A DNA stretch of 62,201 nt, counting the filler. It is 17 parts of 17 records of this genome, joined end to end, with 100 filler letters (N's around TTAATTAATTAA, not from the genome) between each part and the next. Parts side by side here need not be neighbours in the genome. Positions count along the whole stretch, not along the records: positions 35,411 to 37,921 come from SRR16133337_47680; positions 38,022 to 41,686 come from SRR16133337_47851; positions 41,787 to 46,215 come from SRR16133337_48078; 14 more parts are not named here. The stretch is one strand, 5' to 3'. How positions within the stretch are numbered: the first letter of the stretch is position 1; each line of letters starts with the position of its first letter. Below the pieces are notes generated by a model, which ran no database searches, was not told the origin of the DNA, and was given only the letters and a program-made list of their open reading frames with translations. The position numbers were made by a program, and so were the translations under genes. Shown here piece by piece: positions 35,761-46,215 of this stretch.

Positions 35761-37846
35761 CCCCAGAACATTCTTCTCACTGAGTAATAGTTCTCTATAT
35801 CCACTTATGATGTGTAGAAACAACGAATGTGCGATTGGTAAGGTTGCAGATGTGAATTGATTGAAATATCTGCTTTGAATTACAGGACCATTGACATGTG
35901 TGCTGAACGATTCTTGTAATATCTTTGCTGCATTTTGTGATTTCGTTGACAGATATTTCATCATTTCTGAGTGTTGCTAACAAACAATGAATGAAAAACG
36001 ATAAAGAATCAAAAACTAAATTTTATCTTTCTTCAACGCCGTTCACCAATACTTGTTCCAATTTTCATGTCCTAATAATGCCTGCCGTATTCGTGTAGCA
36101 CATACTAATTTATGGCGCGTGTATTGTTCTTGCATGAAGTTTTTCACTGGAATGCATACGTCATCAGCCTTTAGCCAGTCGTGCACGGATTTGTAGTGAG
36201 AATTACGAGTGCCCGTGACACCACAGAACGGCCAAAACTAAAATATTAATACGAAAATAAATAATTTAACGTGCAATAATTGGTTGAAAGAAGGACATTG
36301 AAAAACCTCGAAATAGAGAAATAACATACTTCTTGATGATCCATGAGGTTCTGATACAAGTGTGAGCAAGATATTTCCCATCTTCCAGTGCTGCCGTTGT
36401 ATACCCAATGGGGTTCTTTCAGTACGCCGAGAAATACACTAGCTGCTTTAATCTTCTGGTGTAGTATTTGCTGTGTATCGAAATCCGAAATCCATAATGC
36501 GTAAGTAAGTTTTCGAGAATATGTTCGTTTGTTCGCCACAGAAAGTGTCCCAACTCCATACTTATTTGCATTTTCGGTCATCGCATCGCTTCCCAAGACA
36601 AACATGTTGTGTTGGATTGTGGATTCAAGCATGGTCTGATAATCACAAGACAAACAAGTTCCGTTTAGTATGAAGTTCAAATATGCAAACTGACATTTCC
36701 TATTACAAGTTGAAAATACGGGTTGTCTTCGAGAAAATAATGGTTTATTCGAACGAAAGAAATGATGAAAAATTATGAACCTGATATGTTTTGTGATTGA
36801 TGTATGTGAATGATGTTATTTCCTCTTCATTATCCTCATTTACATAAACTTGCAGAGCAATTGATTTCTTTCCAGAATATCCATAATGAACCATTTCATT
36901 GGTGGAATAAGATGAATCTTTATCAACTAGCCATCTAGACCGTATGCATGCTGCAATTTTTGTTGTTTCACAATTGAAACAGAAGTCATTCAAATAAATA
37001 GCGACATACTTTCCATGCGCATACACTTCCAATACATTTTTCATACTATCATGATTTATATCTCGATCTTGTTGATATGTGCTCCAGTACATGTCAAAAT
37101 CTACAGTACATACACACAAGACATTTACTACACTTGGACACTTTGCCTAACTTTGAATGGAGTAGTAGATAAAATGAAACATACCGGCGTATGGCACTAC
37201 AAGTTGCAAGCGAACCATTTGAGGCGGAATTATCATTCTTTCACTGATTTCTTCACACATCACGTCATCAACCAAGAATGAAAAAAATTCAGAATTCTTG
37301 AATAGGATCATCTTGTCATCAAATAGGATTGCTTTCTCTCGTGGCAAACTAAGACGTATGCAAGAGAGAAAACAAAGTTTCAAAACTTTTCATGAATTTA
37401 CTATAATTTGTTAAGAAAAATAAAATATTACAAGATCGATAACATTGGATTCATGTGCTTCAAACACATACAACACAAAGAACTATACAAGATCGAGAAT
37501 TTATATTTTTATTTCAAAATTTTAGGTTTCAAAACACAAATCCAATTGGGCTAAAATCTGATATTTTTGAACCTTTTTTCAAGAAAAAGACATGAATAGG
37601 GGGTATGTATGTGTGTTAGTTTACCTTGCGCCAATTGTTTGGCGGAAGATTGTTTTATCAACATCGATTACTGATCCACGAAACACAAAATGTGTCTTGG
37701 TTTTGTCATTCGGATTGTCGATGTCGTGTGACATGAAGAATTTGTCCTCGTCCAACGCCTTCATGTTATGCACATATGGCGTATCCATCGGAGTCACACT
37801 GAGTTTGGTTGAATCGATTTCCGAAATATTTGTCACCATGTCATCC
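35761..37846 (-). CDS. Multi-exon eukaryotic hypothetical protein, partial
   Basis: About six consecutive minus-strand open segments bounded by YAG| and |GT (e.g. 37625-37846); one junction near 36700-36780 does not phase cleanly. Confidence 0.5.
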
Positions 37847-38069
37847 CTGCGTAAAAACAAATGGCACAAGAATTATGGAGAGTGTTTGTCATGGGGACCA
37901 TTGTTAAATTAAGTTCGCGAANNNNNNNNNNNNNNNNNNNNNNNNNNNNNNNNNNNNNNNNNNNNTTAATTAATTAANNNNNNNNNNNNNNNNNNNNNNN
38001 NNNNNNNNNNNNNNNNNNNNNCTTTCGACTCATTTGTCTTGTAGATGGTGAAATCGTAAAATAAAATAG

Positions 38070-38678
38070 ATGAAAACTAAAAACTTACTTTTAATTTTTA
38101 CAAGAAATCCAGAATTGGGGAAAGTAAAAAGTCGACTTGCTAAAGACATTGGGGAAGAGAAAGCTTTGCTTGTTTATCAAGAATTATTGTTGCACACCAA
38201 GGTCATCACAGAAGAGTTGCCTGTTGATAAATGGGTTTTTTATTCAGAATACATCTTAGAAAACGATGTATGGGATTCCGAAAAGTACACTAAAAAAATA
38301 CAGCATGGAACTGATTTAGGGGAGCGAATGTCAAACGCCTTTAAAGAGGGGTTTTCGTGTGGATATAAGAACCTTATCATTATTGGGTCAGATATCCACG
38401 ATTTAGAACAACAGCATATAGAACTCGCTTTTGAAAAACTTGCCAATCAGGATACTGTAATTGGACCTTCAGAAGATGGAGGCTATTATCTTTTAGGAAT
38501 GAAAAAATTTATTTCAGCAATTTTTCAAAATAAAGAATGGGGAACGGACTCTGTGTTTCAAACGACATATAACGATTTGAAAAAAAAACATTCCATCGCC
38601 ATTTTGGAAATGTTAAATGATATTGATGTAATTGCTGATATAAATCCCGATTCATACCTAGCAAAGTTAGGTCTATAA
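38070..38678 (+). CDS. TIGR04282/DUF2064-family transferase (arsenosugar-cluster associated, CofC/GT-A-like)
   Basis: LIFTRNPELGKVKSRLA, QHGTDLGERM, IIGSD, IGPSEDGGYYLLGM, W.T..V, L.DID. Confidence 0.88.
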   Translation: MKTKNLLLIFTRNPELGKVKSRLAKDIGEEKALLVYQELLLHTKVITEELPVDKWVFYSEYILENDVWDSEKYTKKIQHGTDLGERMSNAFKEGFSCGYKNLIIIGSDIHDLEQQHIELAFEKLANQDTVIGPSEDGGYYLLGMKKFISAIFQNKEWGTDSVFQTTYNDLKKKHSIAILEMLNDIDVIADINPDSYLAKLGL

Positions 38679-38708
38679 TTCCGTCCACTTAACAACAACA
38701 GACCTACC

Positions 38709-38870
38709 GTGATAAAAATAGTTTCAATTTCTTGGAAATTAATTGGAAAACCTTTAGTTTTAACGACACAAAAAACGAGTATAGATATTTCCTTTTTAGA
38801 AAAAGGAATGTATTGAATTTAAGTGAATTTTGACAACAGATCCATGACAAAAAAAATAATGATCCCATAA
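38709..38870 (+). pseudogene. Relic of a T9SS type-A C-terminal sorting domain
   Basis: VIKIVSISWKLIGKPLVLTTQKTSIDISFLEKGMY*I*VNFDNRSMTKKIMIP*; IDIS.L.KG.Y...KKI signature with two in-frame stops and no upstream body. Confidence 0.65.
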
Positions 38871-38871
38871 A

Positions 38872-39684
38872 ATGATCCATAAATTAGAAGAAACTACAGC
38901 CTTTTTAAAAGCAAAGGGAATAAGTGTTCCAGCGATTGGAATTGTATTGGGAACAGGACTCGGAAAACTCGTTGAAGCCATTCAAGTTGACGTTTCAATT
39001 TCCTATAGTACGATTCCTAATTTTCCCATTTCTACCGTTGAATCCCATACTGGAAAATTGATTTATGGAACGTTGGCAGGAAAAAAAGTCGTGGCAATGC
39101 AAGGAAGATTTCATTTGTACGAAGGCTATACCTTAGCAGAAGTAACCTATCCCATTAGAGTTTTAAAATATTTAGGAATTCACACTTTATTAATTTCAAA
39201 TGCCGCAGGTGCCCTCCATCCCACTTATAAAAAAGGAGAATTGTTATTGATTCAGGATCACATCAATTTGCAAGGAGGTTCCCCTCTAGCAGAAAAAGGA
39301 ACAGAAGTATTTGGACCCCGATTTGTAGATATGTCTGCCCCCTATTCTAAAAAATTAAATGCCCTTCTAAAAAAGAGTGCCCTTCAAAATAACATTTCTC
39401 TGTACGAAGGAGTTTATGCAGCCGTTGTGGGACCGCAATTGGAAACCCGAGCGGAATATCGCTATTTAAGAATCATTGGAGCAGATGCGGTAGGGATGTC
39501 AACCGTACCCGAAGTCATTGTAAGCAATCAAATGGGGATTCCTTGTGCAGCTATTTCTGTACTAACCGATGAATGTAATCCCGATAATTTACATCCCATC
39601 AATATTTCTGAAATATTAACATTGGCAGGGAAAGCAGAGCCAAAATTAATCCAACTTTTTACAAGTCTGATAAAACAATTATAA
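38872..39684 (+). CDS. punA: Purine-nucleoside phosphorylase (trimeric type)
   Basis: IVLGTGLG, MQGRFHLYEG, SNAAG, GPQLETRAE, AVGMSTVPE; SVLTD (Asp at the position usually Asn). Confidence 0.93.
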   Translation: MIHKLEETTAFLKAKGISVPAIGIVLGTGLGKLVEAIQVDVSISYSTIPNFPISTVESHTGKLIYGTLAGKKVVAMQGRFHLYEGYTLAEVTYPIRVLKYLGIHTLLISNAAGALHPTYKKGELLLIQDHINLQGGSPLAEKGTEVFGPRFVDMSAPYSKKLNALLKKSALQNNISLYEGVYAAVVGPQLETRAEYRYLRIIGADAVGMSTVPEVIVSNQMGIPCAAISVLTDECNPDNLHPINISEILTLAGKAEPKLIQLFTSLIKQL

Positions 39685-39693
39685 AGCAAATAG

Positions 39694-40662
39694 ATGAGTT
39701 ATTTAGAAACAACACACCATGTATATAAAGAAGCGGCTCTTACACCTGATGTAGGACTATGCTGTACGACAAACCCTATTTGGGAATTGCCTGGATTGAA
39801 AATCCCAAAAAGAATGCAAGAGATGAATTACGGTTGCGGAAGTACCGTAAATTCTAGGGATTTATCAAATTCTCCAAAAATTTTATATGTGGGTGTAGGA
39901 GGAGGAATGGAATTGTTACAATTTTCGTATTTCTCCCGACAAAAATCGGGCGTCATCGGCGTTGATGTTGTTGATGAAATGTTAGAGGCTTCCCAGAAAA
40001 ATTTTGTAGAAGCCGAAAAACAGAATTCTTGGTTTAAAAGTGAATTTGTAGCGCTTAAAAAAGGGGATGCTTTAAAATTGCCTGTTGAAGACAATAGTAT
40101 TGACGTAGCGGCACAAAATTGCTTGTTCAATATTTTTAAAACAGAAGATTTAAAAAAAGCCATGGCAGAAATGTACCGTGTCTTAAAACCGCAGGGTCGT
40201 TTGGTTATGAGCGATCCAATTTGTGAGCAACCTATAAACGAAATATTGAGAAATGACGCTCGTTTGCGTGCTTTGTGTTTGAGTGGAAGCCTTCCGATGG
40301 CAGCCTATGTAAAAATGTTGACAGATGCGGGTTTTGGGACGATTGAAATTAGAGCTAGAAAACCGTATCGAATTTTAGATCCTAAAAACTATCCTACCGA
40401 TGAATTGATTTATATTGAATCCATAGAAGTAGCTGCAATCAAAGATTCAATGCCTGAAGATGGTCCTTGTATTTTTACAGGCAGAGCTGCTATTTATTAT
40501 GGAGATCAAGCTTTTTTTGATGATGGAAAAGGACATCTGTTGTTGAAAAATCAACCTTTGGCAATTTGTGATAAAACAGCAACAGCATTACAAAGTTTAA
40601 AAAGAGAGGATATTTACTTTAGTGAAGCTACCTATCATTATGATGGAGGAGGATGTTGCTAG
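39694..40662 (+). CDS. arsM: Arsenite methyltransferase of the arsenosugar-cluster type
   Basis: LCCTT, NYGCG, SAM-binding YVGVGGG, AAQNCLFNI, RVLKP.G, ALCLSG, C-terminal GGGCC. Confidence 0.88.
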   Translation: MSYLETTHHVYKEAALTPDVGLCCTTNPIWELPGLKIPKRMQEMNYGCGSTVNSRDLSNSPKILYVGVGGGMELLQFSYFSRQKSGVIGVDVVDEMLEASQKNFVEAEKQNSWFKSEFVALKKGDALKLPVEDNSIDVAAQNCLFNIFKTEDLKKAMAEMYRVLKPQGRLVMSDPICEQPINEILRNDARLRALCLSGSLPMAAYVKMLTDAGFGTIEIRARKPYRILDPKNYPTDELIYIESIEVAAIKDSMPEDGPCIFTGRAAIYYGDQAFFDDGKGHLLLKNQPLAICDKTATALQSLKREDIYFSEATYHYDGGGCC

Positions 40663-40677
40663 ACTGATTTAGGAATT

Positions 40678-41568
40678 ATGGAAACTTTTTTAAACCTATT
40701 TAAAGACTCTTTTGTAGCCTACGGAAACTATTTACTCTATGCGATTACACACCCTGCATGGAACAATTATTTTTATGCATTGATGGTGATCTCTTTGTTT
40801 GTATGGGGACTAGAAATTCTCTTTCCTTGGAGGAAAAAACAAGGAGTTTTTAGAAAGGATTTTTGGTTGGATACGTTTTATATGTTTTTCAATTTTTTTA
40901 TTTTTAATTGGATCCTATTTATAGCACTTTCAAAAGCTGCTGAAATGGCTTTTCAAAAAGGATTGGGTTTAATTTCTATTGAAATCCGTTCTTTTCAAAT
41001 AGTAGATTTAAATTCCTTCCCCTTATGGGTAAGATTGCTGCTCTTTTTTTTAGTGACCGATTTTGTACAATGGGCCACTCATATTTTATTACATCGTATT
41101 CCGTGGTTGTGGAATTTTCATAAGGTACACCATTCTGTAAAAGAAATGGGGTTTGCAGCACATTTACGCTATCATTGGATGGAGACATTGGTCTACAGAA
41201 CGACCTTGTATATTCCTTTAGCACTCTTAGGAGGTTTTCAGGTAAAAGAGGTCATTTTTGTACATTTGATGGCACTTGTTATTGGACATTTGAACCACGC
41301 CAATATCCAATTGAATTTGGGTATTTTTAAATATGTTTTTAACAATGCCGCCATGCATATCTGGCACCATGCAAAAGAAATTCCTATAAAACACAAATAC
41401 GGCGTGAATTTTGGAATTTCGTTAAGCCTTTGGGATTATCTATTTAAAACAAACTACATGCCTGCCAATGGTCGAGACATAGAATTAGGATTTGAAAAGG
41501 ACGAGAAATTTCCCAAAGACTTTATTTGTCAAGAGTTGTATCCTTTGAAAAAATTTCGCAACAAATGA
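40678..41568 (+). CDS. Sterol desaturase / fatty-acid hydroxylase family membrane protein
   Basis: His boxes HILLH, HKVHH, HLNHAN, HIWHH; NFG...WD.LF.T. Confidence 0.9.
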   Translation: METFLNLFKDSFVAYGNYLLYAITHPAWNNYFYALMVISLFVWGLEILFPWRKKQGVFRKDFWLDTFYMFFNFFIFNWILFIALSKAAEMAFQKGLGLISIEIRSFQIVDLNSFPLWVRLLLFFLVTDFVQWATHILLHRIPWLWNFHKVHHSVKEMGFAAHLRYHWMETLVYRTTLYIPLALLGGFQVKEVIFVHLMALVIGHLNHANIQLNLGIFKYVFNNAAMHIWHHAKEIPIKHKYGVNFGISLSLWDYLFKTNYMPANGRDIELGFEKDEKFPKDFICQELYPLKKFRNK

Positions 41569-41583
41569 GTTGAAAATGAAAAG

Positions 41584-41678
41584 TGTGGAATTGTTGAATT
41601 GTTGAATCGTGGAAAAACTGGCAACAGATAACCTGACTGCAAGACAAAAAGGAACAAAAAGACTGCAAGACAAAAAGG
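41584..41678. repeat. Short-repeat cluster at contig end (8-bp TTGTTGAA units; 18-bp direct repeat)
   Basis: tgtggaattgttgaattgttgaatcgtggaa; gactgcaagacaaaaagg at 41635 and 41661. Confidence 0.75.
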
Positions 41679-41854
41679 CTATAGGCNNNNNNNNNNNNNN
41701 NNNNNNNNNNNNNNNNNNNNNNNNNNNNNNTTAATTAATTAANNNNNNNNNNNNNNNNNNNNNNNNNNNNNNNNNNNNNNNNNNNNTACGTAAACGACAC
41801 TAATACTCTTCATAACGCCAAACTCACATCACCATTACCAATAACTCCTCAAAC

Positions 41855-43858
41855 ATGTCACGATCGCACTCTCCGATGCGAGAAGATTCTGGCGATGACA
41901 GACACAATGAGGATGAAGATCGTGAGGAAGGAGAACTCTCACCACTACATGACGATGACAGGTCAGAGGGGAACACAAAATTCAGTTCCCCATCTCTCTA
42001 GGTGCCATCTCTTACCAAATTAGTCACAGCGCGAAATTTCGGTCCAATAAAAAATTGCTCAAATTTGAAAGCTACCTTACAGAATATGTCTTAATAACCA
42101 AAACAATCAGTACGCGTTGCTCTACCACCCCAAATAACAAATGCCCGAAATTTCGGTCCCACACAGATTACACAGGCACGAAATTACGGTCCTGAAACAA
42201 AAATACACGGCGCGAAATTTCGGTCCAATGAAAATACACTTACCACAGAGTAGCAAACCCACGCAGGAACTGCACACACTTCGTACCTATCATAAAACAA
42301 ACAAACCAAGTCCCTCCATCATAACTCACACACTTGATGACAACGTTTGACAAGTCACGCAGCCTTACAAACCCACAGCGGGTCTGGCAGGTGGATTTGA
42401 CGCATGAATTGACAACCCCACCCACTATCACGTGTTTTCTCAGAGGAAAATTTGGCATAGTTTGCGTCTCGTACACCAAACACGGCAGAAGTCATCCGGC
42501 CCCACAGTTCTTTTACACGTTTACGAGCATGAATCAATATTTCCTCCGTTGGGACAGGTTAAGTGGGGATATGACGGATGTCGGAGCGGGTTTCAAAATG
42601 GGTTCCTGGAGGTGTGATGCACGTTTCCTGTGGCGCATAACGTTACAATATGAAGATTTTGTTCTCATTGCACAATATGGTGTCCCGCTACCACTCCTTT
42701 GGCAATTTTGCGATCCAAATAGTAAGTGATTCCCACAAAAAACTGAAACTTGTGAAAACTATTTATAGAATCCACTCTAAAAATAGAACGGTTATAAATA
42801 GAAAGTGAAATACAAAATTAAATAAAACCTTAAAACAATAGTAAAAACTAAAAATAGACTCTCAATTTGCACTTTAGAGAGACAGAACTCTACGAACTCT
42901 CCATAGCGTACCTCAGAACCAAGTTCCCTGAGGCATTTACCGACACAGATGATCTCGCACCCGCAGAAACAATTGCAGCCCGCAAGGACAAATTTGAACA
43001 CGATCTGCGTCAAAAAGATCGAGATGTACAGTTTGCTTTCGCTGAGGGAACTCTAACCCGAAAATTTTGTCTTTTCTTTGATCAATCACCACGCAATAAT
43101 AAATATCTGCCTGGAGGGTGTGTTAAGGCACTTAACTCAGTCATGCCTACGAAAGATTTTCCAGTTCAAGGGGCAGACTGGCCAGAGGTTGGAATGCGTT
43201 TGCAATTGACGGGCTCACCTGACAAGAAAAAACTTTGGAAACACGTCGTAAATGACATGTTGAGACAGTTCCACAAACGTACAGTTGCCAGAGAAAAACT
43301 TTCACTGATGGCGGCTCACTCCATAGACAGATATCGCGCGTTAGACAACCCCTCAGTGGATGAAACTCGCGATTTTGTCTCAGATATGACAGAGTCATGG
43401 CAGTTCTCAACATTTTTTGACGCAGAGTCAGCATGCCACATCCAAGAAAATGTTGTCGCTCTACTTGCACACAATACATATGGACGTTTTAAATCAAATG
43501 TACGTCTCGAAGATGGACCTCGCCCCTCAGTCTTGAAAGCTGATGAAATTAAAGAAGAAAAGGAGCGCCGAGCAAAACTCAATGAGGATAGAAAACCGTA
43601 GGTCCCCTAAAAACCCAAATCTCACCCCAACCCAATAATTTCACAACTATAAAAGCGTTAAAAGGGGGACAATATGACAATCAATCGTCTAAACATTCTT
43701 TATGTAACTTTAGTCGCAACAGATTCAAACCTCGAGGTGGCACCCAGAGATATCGGGGACGTACTTTCAAAAAACGGCGCCGCAATTACTTTTCTGGAAG
43801 TAGGGGAGGTAGAGGAAAAAGCTCGAATTTTCGGAGAGGCCGGGGGGGTCGTCGCTAA
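41855..43858 (+). CDS. DIRS gag-like protein, three predicted exons (41855-41961, 42878-43597, 43714-43858)
   Basis: Two phase-2 GT-AG introns join MSRSHSP...DDDR|ETELYEL...EDRKP|RNRFKPRGG...RGGRGKSSNFRRGRGGRR*. Confidence 0.65.
42029..42229. repeat. Four dispersed copies of CGAAATT(T/A)CGGTCC (palindromic core CGAAATTTCG)
   Basis: Copies at about 42032, 42146, 42179, 42213; the outer two share 20 bp gcgcgaaatttcggtccaat. Confidence 0.8.
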
Positions 43859-43906
43859 CTGCGCACAACTCCGGCCGCTTTTCCAGGTTTATGATTTACA
43901 ACAAAG

Positions 43907-46215
43907 GTGTGTAGATGGATCAGTGTAAGTGTTCCAACAGTATATATTTTGTTTAGACATCATTTCCGATTCCCAATCGAAAAATTCTCTAAACTACCAC
44001 AAGAAATACGAAAACTTTGTACAGAGATAATACACCCTGCCTTTTACAGAAAAAATAACATACGTCCTTATCATGTGTGGCAGACAAACGAACTCCGACA
44101 GTTAGCTTACGAAGGACGAACTCCAATAGTAACACAATTATTTCAAGGGCACGAACTCCTCTACCCAAATCGACTAGAAAAATGGCGGACATCAGCGCCA
44201 ACGTTTGCCACAAATTCGAAATTGGTAAAAGGTATACTTGAACACGGCCTTTCACTCTTCCCATACTTCACACGAGCACCACAAAGACAACGACCAGCAG
44301 AACTACACAAACTCAAAAAACAACAATTAGCAACTTATCGAGCATGTCCTCAACTAAAGACAAAATTATATCGGCTCTTAGAGACCGGAGTCATCGAAAA
44401 ATTAGATCCCCAACAGACAAAAAATGCATTTTATCATCATGTGTTCGCAATACCAAAGAAAAATGGCGACATAAGAGTGACAGCCAACCTGAAACCCCTC
44501 AACACATATTTGAAAGAAACACCAATCAAAATGCAAGGGGCTGGTCGAATCAAACTTCTCGTATTCCAAAATTGCTTGTTCACGTCCGAGGATTTTACAG
44601 ATGCGTACTGGACCATTCACATACAAAAAGCTTCTAGAAAATACTTGGCATTTTACTTGAATCACAACACAATTTGTACATGGTCAGTCATGCCGTTTGG
44701 ACTTAAACTCGCCACATTCATATACGAAAAAATACAGCGAGCGGTCAATGCAGAAATCAAAAGACTTAACATTACACGTTCAGCATATCTCGATGACGGC
44801 TTGACAATCACACCTCTACAACCAAACCAATTTGAAATTGCACAACAAAATCAATTCTTAGTTAACATAGTGTTTTTGGCATTGGGTTGGAAACTCAACA
44901 TAAAAAAATCGCATTTCAAACCAACAAAACAAATACAACACTTAGGTTTCGATTGGAACTCCTCCCAAATGACAATTTCAATACCAACAACAAAAAGATA
45001 CTCCATTTCAGAGTCATGCAAAACATTTTGGAAAAAAGGACAACATGGCAAAGTCATTACATACAGAGATATTCTTCATTTAATAGGGGTTATACAAGCA
45101 AATTACCTCGCCATCCCAAACATGAATATTCACTGTCGCCAATTAAACAAATGGCGACGAAAATTTGCCAAGTCACATTTCCCAATAAACAATTACGACA
45201 TAAAAATAACACTTCCATTTATAGTTTTACTTGAAATCAAAAGTTGGGTAGTCAAAATACACAGATACCATACAAACAAACTCATACCAGACAAATCATT
45301 TGCAACAATACATGTCGATGCTAGCGGCAAACATGGTTGGGGGTACAACATCGTCCACAATGCGCATAGATTCCATTTCAAGCAAAGTCAAGGCACATGG
45401 CCTCATTTTTTACAGGACACATCTATTAATTGCAAAGAGTTATGGGCGATTTTTCTTTCCTTAAAATCCATTCTGCAGGCTGAAAAGCTACACAACTGCA
45501 CTTTAGACATTGGTACAGACAACACAACCGCACTTGCATACTTCACGAAACAAACAGGAAAATTCCAACACCTCTTACAACCTGTGATTTCTACATTTAA
45601 TCTTCTGGAACATGACAATGTTAAACTCCGATTTTTCTGGATAGCAACAGATAAAAACACAGCAGACAAATATTCTCGTAATTTTCGGGATAGACATAAC
45701 TACACTCTACCCTACAACATTTACACACTAGTGACAAACATTTTCGGAAAACCAGACGTGGACCTATTTGCCTCTGCTGAAAATGCTAAAACAAAGAGTT
45801 ACGTCAGTGCAATCCCACAACCCAATGCACTGTACGTGGACGCTTTCCGCAATGACAAAAATTGGAACGATTTTAAAATAATATGGGCATTTCCACCAGT
45901 ACCATGCATCGATAAAGTCCTCACACGAATAAAATTTGATTCTCCACGCTTAGTTCTGCTGGTCGTACCTTTTTGGCCCAACAGTTCATTCCTAACGACG
46001 TGCTTTGACTTGTTAGTGGACTTTCCAACCTGGCTGACACGTCTGCCAATGCACAAAGACATTCACGACTCCCAACAAGATGCTTGTGCCAATTACCCAA
46101 TATTGGATCTAATCTTGATGCCATTATCCGGGAGATCACAAAGTATTTCGGATTTTCGTGCACAGTTACAGAACTCCTCCTTGCAAGTCGCGCCAAAGGA
46201 ACTAAACAAAATTAT
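43907..46215 (+). CDS. DIRS pol: reverse transcriptase - RNase H - adenine-methyltransferase-like domain, 3'-truncated; true 5' end uncertain
   Basis: FAIPKKNG.IR...NLKPLN, DFTDAY, MPFGL, YLDD, HLG; RNase H VDAS..GWG, INCKEL.AI, TDNTTA, NTADKYSR; MT-like VDLFAS..N, DAF, WAFPP. Confidence 0.9.
46017..46215 (+). CDS. Probable 5' part of the DIRS tyrosine recombinase, overlapping pol in another frame
   Basis: Frame open from 46009 to the contig end, ending ...KYFGFSCTVTELLLASRAKGTKQNY, resembling the L..S....T...Y start of DIRS YR; catalytic residues are off-contig. Confidence 0.5.

Larger units (their letters stand above)
41787..46215 (+). mobile_element. DIRS-like tyrosine-recombinase retrotransposon, partial
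   Basis: gag-like ORF with RG-rich tail, RT-RNase H-MT pol lacking protease and DDE integrase motifs, and an overlapping frame resembling a YR N-terminus at the contig end. Confidence 0.88.

Noticed and set aside
42029-42229. Possible CRISPR array
   Set aside because: Repeats are only 14-20 bp, spacing is irregular (114, 33, 34 bp), there are no cas genes, and they sit in a eukaryotic retroelement
9130-46215. The two RTs as bacterial retron, DGR, group II intron or defence RTs of the flavobacterium
   Set aside because: APE-RT and RT-RNase H-MT architectures are eukaryotic LINE and DIRS types, each on its own contig
38022-46215. Functional link between the arsenic cluster and the adjacent retroelement
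   Set aside because: They are separated by a linker and come from different organisms
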